A stretch of DNA of 64,000 nucleotides from Chitinophagales bacterium (GTDB taxonomy: Bacteria > Bacteroidota > Bacteroidia > Chitinophagales > Chitinophagaceae): NCBI GenBank assembly GCA_015654595.1, contig JAATGQ010000125.1:1209-65208 (forward strand), in the 5' to 3' direction. Below, one piece after another: positions 9,486-17,333 of this stretch. Position 1 is the first letter of the stretch; each line of letters begins with the position of its first letter. The position numbers and the translations under genes are program-made. A model generated the notes under the pieces. That model did not search any database, was not told where the DNA came from, and saw nothing but the letters and a program-made list of their open reading frames with translations.

Positions 9486-9549
9486 TGATCAAGATCATAC
9501 CAGCGGCTGCTCGGGATCATGCCGATTGCCAGACATATAAATAATTTTG
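9486..9549 (+). promoter_or_regulatory. tandem Fnr/FixK-like boxes plus -7 element
   Basis: TGATCAAGATCA (9486) and TGCTCGGGATCA (9508), 22 bp apart; TAATTTTG at 9542. Confidence 0.7.
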
Positions 9550-9566
9550 TTATGGGAGTGTCTATT

Positions 9567-9935
9567 ATGGAATCAAGTTACGAGGTCAGGAATCACCTTA
9601 TCAGCCAGATACAGGAAGAGTTCAACAAGCTCTATCCCTATCTGAAAGTTGTGTTCCGCCAGCAGGGGAATAGCGCGAATGCCTTGCCTGTTACGGGACT
9701 GCACTCGGAAGAACAGATTCGTGATGGGGTCAGGAGTCTTTTGGAAAAAGACATTCACCTGATGGACGGTATGAAGGTCAGCGAGCTGGAAGATTCACTC
9801 GAACAGTTGTTTGGCCAGCGGGCCCAGGTTTTCCGCCGAAGCGGCAATTTCTGGATGGACACGCAGCTAAGCCGGGGCTGGACGCTCAAGCAGCAGAATG
9901 ATCATGGTCAGGACATTTCCTCGGGCTTTCTTTAG
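9567..9935 (+). CDS. conserved-looking small hypothetical protein
   Basis: ISQIQEEFNKLYPYLKV...VFRRSGNFW...WTLKQQN; start moved to ATG 9567 because the -7 box lies downstream of the track start. Confidence 0.7.
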   Translation: MESSYEVRNHLISQIQEEFNKLYPYLKVVFRQQGNSANALPVTGLHSEEQIRDGVRSLLEKDIHLMDGMKVSELEDSLEQLFGQRAQVFRRSGNFWMDTQLSRGWTLKQQNDHGQDISSGFL

Positions 9936-10054
9936 CCCCTGGGGGCGACTTCACTCTTGGGAAAGATAGTTTAAACATCCTTGTCGCCGGTTCAAATGAG
10001 TCCCCTCCCGATGACCGGAGGGGATTTTATGCGACACTTCTAAATTTTAAAAAC

Positions 10055-10876
10055 ATGAAAAAGATACTCTTTGTCTGTGCGGGCAACCATTTTCCGCAAG
10101 GCGCATTTCATTTTTTGCAAAGCATGCAGGAGCATAGCCCTGTAAGTGCCGATGGTTTGTTTTTTCCTCCTGCCGATCTGAAGGAAATGGCGGCTGTAAG
10201 CCAGGTCCCGGTCCTCGGGCCTTATGACCGGTTGAGGGAAAGGGAAAGAAGGACGGTGGATGAACACAAGGTTCAATTCAAGACGCGCTGCGAACAACAC
10301 GGCATCCGTTATCATATCCATCGCAACGATGAACAGTGGGATAAGGAGCTGTTGATTCGTGAAAGCCGTTTTGCAGACCTGATCCTTGTGAGCGGGGAAC
10401 TCTTTTGCGATGACCTGAGCTCACACCAGCCCAATGCCTTTCTGACCGAGGCCCTTCACTTTGCGGAATGCCCCGTTTTTGTCGTTCCGGAGAATTATGA
10501 ACATTGCCATCACCTGTATATGGCCTATGATGGAAGCAGGGAAAGCGTGTTTGCTATAAAGCAGTTTGCCGTCCTTTTCCCTTATCTGGCGGACTTGCCT
10601 GCGGAAGTCATTTATGTAAAAGACGAATCCTCGGAGTTGATCCCGGATCTGGAAAGACTCCGACATTATACAAAGGGGCATTTCGGCAGCCTGAATTTCA
10701 GCAAGCTGCATTTTAAGGCCGGTTCCAATTTTGCGGACTGGATCGAGGAAAAGCCGTATGCGATGCTGATCAGCGGCTCTTATGGCCGCAGCTCCCTGTC
10801 TTATCTGACAAAACGGAGTTTTGCGGGTGAAGTGATTGCCCGTCACAAGACGCCGGTGTTTGTCGCTCATCTCTAA
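10055..10876 (+). CDS. universal stress protein-like
   Basis: SRFADLILV, CPVFVVP, MAYDGS, GSYGRS, PVFVAH. Confidence 0.8.
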   Translation: MKKILFVCAGNHFPQGAFHFLQSMQEHSPVSADGLFFPPADLKEMAAVSQVPVLGPYDRLRERERRTVDEHKVQFKTRCEQHGIRYHIHRNDEQWDKELLIRESRFADLILVSGELFCDDLSSHQPNAFLTEALHFAECPVFVVPENYEHCHHLYMAYDGSRESVFAIKQFAVLFPYLADLPAEVIYVKDESSELIPDLERLRHYTKGHFGSLNFSKLHFKAGSNFADWIEEKPYAMLISGSYGRSSLSYLTKRSFAGEVIARHKTPVFVAHL

Positions 10877-10894
10877 CCTTATAATTTTTTTGTT

Positions 10895-11719
10895 ATGAAC
10901 CCAATTGTCGTTGCGACCAATTTTACTCCCAATAGCGAGAATGCGGCTTTTTATGCCGCAGACATGGCGTTGGCTGCCGGTATGGACATCCGGCTGGTCA
11001 ATGTGCTGAATATGCCCATTGTAGCGGCTTCAGAAGCCCCCATGCCGCAGATCGTATTTGACGATATGCGGGTAAGCAACCTGGCCTTGCTGGATCAGTT
11101 AGCGGAAAAGATGACGGCCAGGACTTTTGGTAAGGTCAGGATCATCCGGGACCTGGAGGTCGGAGAGACGGGCGCCTCGCTGACAGGCTATTGTAAAATG
11201 TATACGCCGTTCATGGTCGTGTTGGGAACCTCGGGGCATTCGCTGGAAAATCTGTTGTCCGGAAGTACGACAGCAAAAAGTTTGCATCGTCTCCACTGCC
11301 CCATCCTGGTAGTTCCCCCCGATGCGCGGTTCCACACCATCAAAAAGATAGTGGTTGCCGTCGGGAAAGAAGACCTGGGCGCCGGCAGCTTGCCGGAGCT
11401 GCCTCTTCTAAAACGGCTGAGTCAACAGTTTGAATCGGATATAGAAGTCGTGCACGTGATGGCAGACGAGGAAAGCGGCTCCGAAGCCGTGATGGCCTAC
11501 AATGGCTGGAAGGATCGGCTGACCGCTTTGAGTCCCGCCCTTCACCTGATCGAACCCGGGGACGTCCAACAAGGTATCCATCGGTATTTGAACGAGCAGT
11601 TGGCAGACTGGCTGCTTGTACTGCCTAAAAAACATGGCTGGCTGGAGTTTCACAAAAGCCAGGCAAAACAGCTGTTGACGCATTGCCCCATACCGGTTAT
11701 TACTATACATGAGGGATAA
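10895..11719 (+). CDS. universal stress protein
   Basis: IVVATNF, MVVLGT, LLSGSTT, CPILVVP, tandem USP domains. Confidence 0.88.
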   Translation: MNPIVVATNFTPNSENAAFYAADMALAAGMDIRLVNVLNMPIVAASEAPMPQIVFDDMRVSNLALLDQLAEKMTARTFGKVRIIRDLEVGETGASLTGYCKMYTPFMVVLGTSGHSLENLLSGSTTAKSLHRLHCPILVVPPDARFHTIKKIVVAVGKEDLGAGSLPELPLLKRLSQQFESDIEVVHVMADEESGSEAVMAYNGWKDRLTALSPALHLIEPGDVQQGIHRYLNEQLADWLLVLPKKHGWLEFHKSQAKQLLTHCPIPVITIHEG

Positions 11720-11792
11720 GGCTCATTTTTCCCACGGGCGTTAGCAGAATGACCAATAGATTGTAACTTGGACAAAAAAATAGACAGGCGGC

Positions 11793-13355
11793 ATGTTTAA
11801 GGAAAAATCAACCCATGTTCTTTTATTTTGTTCCATCGTTACGATAGCGTCTGCAGTCCTGCAGTACCTGAACCCGTCCATGAGTTTTTTTGACGGTGGG
11901 CTGATAACGGCCATCCTGCTGACCATTTTTTTAAACAAGGACGGATACACGCATCTCTTTGGCGCGATCAGCGCGATCCTGGTTCTGGTCGCCGCGTTTT
12001 ATCCACACGAGGGGATGGACAGACAGCAGGTCATCCTACAGCATTTATTCTCTTTGATCGTTGTCGTAATGGCAACGATCTTTGTATTATATGTAAAGCG
12101 GTTGTACCGCAATATCGAGTCCGATCAGCAGCAGGTAACCGCCCTGTTCGAGCACGCGACGGAAGGCATTATCCTGACCAATGACAAAGGCCAGATCATA
12201 CTTTTGAATCCTGCCGCCTACCGCCTTTTTGAATATGAGCAGAACGAGCTGCCCGGCAAATCTATCGATGTGCTGATCCCCCAACGTTTTCATCATTCTC
12301 ACGTCAGCGACAGGGAAGGTTTTTATAAACACCCCGGCAACCGTACGATGGGGCACGGCCGTGATCTTTTTGCCCGCAAGAAGGACGGCCATGAGTTCCC
12401 GGTCGAGGTCAGCCTCAGCTATTACCGCCAGAAGAATACGCTGTTTGTCATCGCCTTTGTCGTAGATATCACGCAGAGAAAACAGTCGGAAAAGGAGCTG
12501 CTGTCGAGACAGCAACAGCTGGAACGTATCTCCCTCGAGGTTCGGAAGATGAATACTGAACTGGAGACGAAGGTCGAACAGCGTACGCTCATCCTGAGAG
12601 AAGCATTAAAGGAACTGGAAAAGTCGCAGGAGGAATTGAGTGAAGCCCTCAGTAAGGAAAAAGAACTGAACGAGATAAAGTCCAGATTCGTCTCGATGGC
12701 ATCGCATGAGTTTCGCACGCCGCTGAGTACTATTCTTAGCAGCGCTGCCTTACTCGGAAAGTATACGCAGACCGAAGAGCAGGACAAACGCGACAGGCAT
12801 ATCCGACGGATAAAGGACTCGGTAAAACATCTCAACGACTTGCTGGAAGACTTCCTTTCCCTCGGTAGACTGGAAGAAGGCAAGATCATGGCCGATCCCA
12901 CGGTCTTTTCTGTAAAGGATTTTCTCGAAGAAGTGGAGGAAGAGATGCGGACGATCACGAAGCCCGGCCAGGAGATCCGCTGTCATTGCGTTGGAGAAGG
13001 CAGCTTTGTAAGCGACAAACGGCTGTTGAAAAATATCCTGATCAATCTGATCAGCAATGCCTCGAAGTTTTCTCCGGATGGGGCCGAGATCCGGCTGGAT
13101 GCCGATGTGACGGAGGCCGGCACGCTTCGGCTGTCCGTGAAGGACCAGGGGATTGGCATCTCGGAGGAAGATCAGCAGCATTTGTTCAGCAGCTTTTTCC
13201 GCGGCGGTAATGCGCTGAATATCGAAGGGACAGGGCTGGGGTTGCACATCGTCGCCCGTTACGCTCAGCTTCTCGGGGGAAATGTAAAACTGGAAAGCCG
13301 GCTGAATGAAGGGACGACGATTACGGTAGAGGTGCCGGCCGCACCAGGGGTGTGA
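11793..13355 (+). CDS. membrane-bound PAS sensor histidine kinase (FixL-like)
   Basis: N-terminal TMs, PAS (LIPQRFHHSH...MGHGRDLFARKKDG..FPVEVSL), coiled coil, SHEFRTPL H-box, NASKFS / DQGIG / GTGLGL ATPase boxes. Confidence 0.92.
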   Translation: MFKEKSTHVLLFCSIVTIASAVLQYLNPSMSFFDGGLITAILLTIFLNKDGYTHLFGAISAILVLVAAFYPHEGMDRQQVILQHLFSLIVVVMATIFVLYVKRLYRNIESDQQQVTALFEHATEGIILTNDKGQIILLNPAAYRLFEYEQNELPGKSIDVLIPQRFHHSHVSDREGFYKHPGNRTMGHGRDLFARKKDGHEFPVEVSLSYYRQKNTLFVIAFVVDITQRKQSEKELLSRQQQLERISLEVRKMNTELETKVEQRTLILREALKELEKSQEELSEALSKEKELNEIKSRFVSMASHEFRTPLSTILSSAALLGKYTQTEEQDKRDRHIRRIKDSVKHLNDLLEDFLSLGRLEEGKIMADPTVFSVKDFLEEVEEEMRTITKPGQEIRCHCVGEGSFVSDKRLLKNILINLISNASKFSPDGAEIRLDADVTEAGTLRLSVKDQGIGISEEDQQHLFSSFFRGGNALNIEGTGLGLHIVARYAQLLGGNVKLESRLNEGTTITVEVPAAPGV

Positions 13356-14065
13356 CGGCGATGAGAGCCTTCGATCACGGCCGTCCGGTGACAGTCGATC
13401 GCGGCCGAAGGATGATCCGGCAGCACCGGGCTGATGAAGGGAATACCAAGGTTGAGCCCGCGCAAAATAAGCAGCACTCCCATCGTAGCCAGAAAGTAAG
13501 GGATCGCCTTTCGCATTTTCACACGAAGCGATACAGACAGCCGATGACCGTACCAGGTAAGGGCCGCCAGCAGGGGCAGCGTTCCGAGTCCAAAACACAA
13601 CATAAATCCTACCGCGCGACCGGTATCCCCGGTACTCAGCGCTGCTGCCAATGCAAAGTAGACCATGCCGCAGGGCAGCAGTCCGTTAGCCATCCCCATA
13701 AAGAAGAACTTCCCCGGCATTTTTATCGTCCAGAGGCGATAGATAACGCGATTCAGCGGACCGGGCAGTATCAGGATCTTTGTAGAGCGCAGCAGGGTAA
13801 AGATCAATACGAATATCCCGGCAATGATAGACAGCTGCTGCTGCCATCCCGCCAGGTAGAGGCTATGTCCAAGCACCCCAAACAAAAGCCCGAGCAGCAT
13901 ATACGTCGCGAGCCGCGCAGCATGATAAGAAACCTGTGCCAGCACCCGGCCGGAGGACGACAGGTGTTGAACGGGCAGGGCCATCAGCAACGGCCCGCAC
14001 ATCCCCGCGCAGTGAAAGCTGCTCAGCAAACCAAGGGACAACGCCGACAGAAGAAGCGGAAACAT
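13265..14065 (-). CDS. sulfite exporter TauE/SafE / DsbD_2 family membrane protein (cbb3 assembly associated)
   Basis: SFHCAGMCGP and NGLLPCGMVY motifs; last gene of the cco run. Confidence 0.85.
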   Translation of the reverse strand: MFPLLLSALSLGLLSSFHCAGMCGPLLMALPVQHLSSSGRVLAQVSYHAARLATYMLLGLLFGVLGHSLYLAGWQQQLSIIAGIFVLIFTLLRSTKILILPGPLNRVIYRLWTIKMPGKFFFMGMANGLLPCGMVYFALAAALSTGDTGRAVGFMLCFGLGTLPLLAALTWYGHRLSVSLRVKMRKAIPYFLATMGVLLILRGLNLGIPFISPVLPDHPSAAIDCHRTAVIEGSHRRHTPGAAGTSTVIVVPSFSRLSSFTFPPRS

Positions 14066-14502
14066 TATCGCAGGTCAAAGCTTTGTTCGTTAAAATAATT
14101 TTTCCCTTCCGCCGTCCAGCTGATCTTTACGGTGTAATGACCGGGGGCCAGCAGGTTGGACGCAATGGTTTGTGCGCCGTCGGCGCCCAGGGTCAGCGGC
14201 ACTTGTCTGTCTTTGGCCTGGTTGGAAGCGCAGTAAAAGAAAACGGTCCCCGTCGTCGACTGCCGCTGCATCTCTGCGGGCAGGCGTAGGGTGATCGCGC
14301 CGTTTTCTTCACGCAGGGTGGCGGCACTGGAAAGGTTGTTGGCATTACGGGTGGCATCGATGACCTGCTGATAAGCCAGCTCCTGTTTGTAGTAGTCGCT
14401 GGCCACGAGGTCTACCGGGGTGTTGACGCAACGATAAACAAGATAGGAGATGCCCGAGGCAAAGACGATAAAGACGATAGTGAGTTTATATCCCCAGTTC
14501 AT
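14065..14502 (-). CDS. ccoH: FixH/CcoH family protein
   Basis: MNWG..TM..DLVASDYYKQELAYQ motif, after ccoG. Confidence 0.85.
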   Translation of the reverse strand: MNWGYKLTIVFIVFASGISYLVYRCVNTPVDLVASDYYKQELAYQQVIDATRNANNLSSAATLREENGAITLRLPAEMQRQSTTGTVFFYCASNQAKDRQVPLTLGADGAQTIASNLLAPGHYTVKISWTAEGKNYFNEQSFDLR

Positions 14503-14513
14503 GATAGTATGTT

Positions 14514-15956
14514 TTAGTTGTTATCGGCTATAGGACCCAAGAAGTTGGTACGGATATCATCTATCTTTTTACCATTTTCATAGAGCCCGATATGTAATAG
14601 GGTTTTACGCTGCCGGATGTTTTGTTTTGGAAGGATGATAAAGAAATTGCCGGCGCCTTCTTCTTCCTTTTTGACGATCACCGATGAGCCGCCGATGACC
14701 TGGACGGTACCGTTGTTGTCTTCCAGCCGGAGCTGCAGCGGAATATCACGGATCGTTTTGTTGGCTATTTTGACGGTATAAAGGTTGGAGACGCTGTCCT
14801 GTCCCCTTTCCTGGTAAAGCATTCCGGGTGTACGCATCACCGTAGTGTCGACGTCTTTGCGGCTTAGCAGCAGCGCCGCCAGCAGGATAAGCAGTATAGA
14901 AAGCAGACCGGTATAGAGTTTCATCCGCAGTGTGTAGCGCAAGGGTTCGGCGGTAGAAATGCCATTTTCGGAGGCGTAACGGATAAGCCCTGTGGGCCGT
15001 CCCGTCTTTTCCATCATATGGTTACAGGCGTCGATACAGGCCGTACAACCAACGCATTCCATCTGAACGCCATTCCGGATGTCGATCCCGGTCGGGCATA
15101 CTTTGACGCACTGAAAACAGTCGATACAGTCTCCTAGTTCGGCGGATTTTGTCTTACTGAATTTGCCCCTTGGTTCGCCGCGTTTGTAGTCGTAGGCGAC
15201 GATCATCGAGTTCCGGTCAAGCAATACGCTTTGAAGACGACCGTAAGGACATATGGCGGTACAGACCTGCTCGCGAAAGAAGGCGTATACGCCGTAGAAG
15301 ACACCGGAAAAGACGAGCATGGAAAGAAGTCCTCCGATATGTTCACTGACACGGCCGGTAATGATCCCACCCAGCTGTTTTACACCGATGATATAGGCCA
15401 GAAAGGTGTTGGCGATAATAAAGGATAAAAGATAGAAAGCAACGTGCTTGGTAGATTTGATCAGGATCTTTTTTGTGGTCCAGGGTGCGGCTTTGAGTTG
15501 TCTTTGCCGGGGAGCATCGCCTTCGATCAGGTATTCGACCTTGCGGAACAGCATCTCCATAAAGACGGTCTGCGGACAGACCCATCCACAGAAAAGACGG
15601 CCGAAGGCGGCGGTGAAGAGGATCACGAAGATGATAAACGTGACCATCGTCAGACCGAAGATAAAGAAGTCCTGAGGCCAGAAGATCTTCCCAAAGACAA
15701 TAAAATGGGCCGACGAGATATTAAACAGGAATAACGGCTGCCCATGAATATAGATAAAGGGCAGTGCAAAGAACAGAAGAAAGAATCCTCCGCTGATCCA
15801 GCTGCGCATGTTATACCACTTGCCGTCGGGCTTCTGTGCAAAGACCCATTTGCGACGACCGCTGTTGTCGAGGGTGGCCAGGTGATCGCGAAAGGACTGG
15901 CCGGCAGCGGCGCTGCTGCCGAGGCTGCTGTTTTGAGCGGAAGATTCTTCTTTCAT
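14514..15956 (-). CDS. ccoG: cytochrome c oxidase accessory protein CcoG (4Fe-4S)
   Basis: GRLFCGWVCPQT, CPYGRLQ, CIDCFQCVKVCPTGIDIR, CVGCTACIDAC. Confidence 0.95.
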   Translation of the reverse strand: MKEESSAQNSSLGSSAAAGQSFRDHLATLDNSGRRKWVFAQKPDGKWYNMRSWISGGFFLLFFALPFIYIHGQPLFLFNISSAHFIVFGKIFWPQDFFIFGLTMVTFIIFVILFTAAFGRLFCGWVCPQTVFMEMLFRKVEYLIEGDAPRQRQLKAAPWTTKKILIKSTKHVAFYLLSFIIANTFLAYIIGVKQLGGIITGRVSEHIGGLLSMLVFSGVFYGVYAFFREQVCTAICPYGRLQSVLLDRNSMIVAYDYKRGEPRGKFSKTKSAELGDCIDCFQCVKVCPTGIDIRNGVQMECVGCTACIDACNHMMEKTGRPTGLIRYASENGISTAEPLRYTLRMKLYTGLLSILLILLAALLLSRKDVDTTVMRTPGMLYQERGQDSVSNLYTVKIANKTIRDIPLQLRLEDNNGTVQVIGGSSVIVKKEEEGAGNFFIILPKQNIRQRKTLLHIGLYENGKKIDDIRTNFLGPIADNN

Positions 15957-15960
15957 ATTC

Positions 15961-17133
15961 TTATTTGGATAGCGTCCCCTGAGGCGCTTTTGCGTTATCA
16001 GGATTGGTACCGTGCAGGGATTTCACATAACTGGCGATCTGTTGTATCTGGGATGGCGAAAAATCGTCTTTCCAGCTTTTCATGCCTTTGTCGGGCCAGC
16101 CATATTTTATCGTTTTAAAAACGTCCTGTATACTTCCGCCATGGAGCCAGTAGTCGTCGGTGAGGTTGGGACCTACCCCGCCCTCTCCGTGTTTGCCATG
16201 ACAGGCAAAGCAGATGCTTTCGAAGACGGTTTTTCCGGCGGCAAGACTTGCGGGATCGGTCAACAGTTTGACGGTAGTTTCGTCGACATTGTTGGCGGCT
16301 TTCTTGAGGTAGTCGGCCTTTGCCTGCTGGGCTTTCTGTACGGAGATCGCGTATTCTTCTGCACTAAGCGGCGCGGTGTGCCCGATATGATAGCGATAAA
16401 GATATATACAGGCAAAGATGATGGTGCAGTAGAAGCCATAGATCCACCATGGGGGCAGACGGTTGTCGAGCTCCCGGATGCCGTCATAGTCGTGGCCGAG
16501 GAGGATGTCTTTCTCTTGTTCGATGGGCTTGAAGCTGTTCACCTTATCCCAAAGGGTAACGGTTGGTTTTGCAGCAACAAGGGCAGCAGCGGCGGTCTTC
16601 TTTTTCTTTGCGATGAGTTTGCGCAGGTTGTAGAGCAGCCCCAGCACGATCAGAACTTCGAGGAAGATCACGCCGGTGATCACATAGAAAGCGGTGTCGG
16701 AGAGGCCATTGACGTTGGAGGTCACGACGCCGGCGGTCACGGTCGATGCGTCCGATCCGGCTGAAGCGTGGCCTGCATCTGTTGACTGGGCAGCAACTGG
16801 GCTGCTGATCAGCATCGTAGCAGCGATGATGATCCCGGCGATCAGCGTGGCGGCGGGCGGAAACCCCGTCGATGGGTTGGATGCGGCGGCAGGACCGCTG
16901 GCTATTAGGCTGCCTGCCCTGGCGGAAGCGTCGGCAGCAGGGCCGTTTTCGCTGGCGCGGCCCGGCTTTTCGGGAGCGCCAGGGCCATCGTCCCCTTCGG
17001 GATTGCCAAGCCTGTATTGGGCCGCGCCAAGAACCACGTTTGCGAGCAGGATAATGGCCAGCGCCAGGATCAGGATGACGACGATCATCATCACGACGAA
17101 TGAATTATCGGTGGAAGAAGGTACTGGTGGCAT
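15961..17133 (-). CDS. ccoP: cbb3-type cytochrome c oxidase subunit III (mono-heme, N-terminally extended)
   Basis: HDYDGIRELDNRLPPWW and a single CFACH heme motif, GPNLTDDYWLHGG. Confidence 0.92.
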   Translation of the reverse strand: MPPVPSSTDNSFVVMMIVVILILALAIILLANVVLGAAQYRLGNPEGDDGPGAPEKPGRASENGPAADASARAGSLIASGPAAASNPSTGFPPAATLIAGIIIAATMLISSPVAAQSTDAGHASAGSDASTVTAGVVTSNVNGLSDTAFYVITGVIFLEVLIVLGLLYNLRKLIAKKKKTAAAALVAAKPTVTLWDKVNSFKPIEQEKDILLGHDYDGIRELDNRLPPWWIYGFYCTIIFACIYLYRYHIGHTAPLSAEEYAISVQKAQQAKADYLKKAANNVDETTVKLLTDPASLAAGKTVFESICFACHGKHGEGGVGPNLTDDYWLHGGSIQDVFKTIKYGWPDKGMKSWKDDFSPSQIQQIASYVKSLHGTNPDNAKAPQGTLSK

Positions 17134-17149
17134 ATTACTATTTTTGGGG

Positions 17150-17320
17150 TTAGGCGTTGTCTTTTGTCAAAGGAATGTTCCGTATCTCTTCGATCATTCC
17201 GCGGTCTGCTTTAATGGTCCAGATAAGCATCACGAGGAAGATAGTGCCGAACAGCAGCAGGGAAGAGAGCCCATAGATACTGACGCCGCTGATCTTTTCG
17301 ATATAGTTGATAAATTTCAT
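17150..17320 (-). CDS. ccoQ: cbb3-type oxidase subunit CcoQ-like small membrane protein (56 aa)
   Basis: Manual translation MKFINYIEKISGVSIYGLSSLLLFGTIFLVMLIWTIKADRGMIEEIRNIPLTKDNA, one TM, between ccoNO and ccoP; below the track cut-off. Confidence 0.82.
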   Translation of the reverse strand: MKFINYIEKISGVSIYGLSSLLLFGTIFLVMLIWTIKADRGMIEEIRNIPLTKDNA

Positions 17321-17333
17321 GTGCGTTGTTTTG

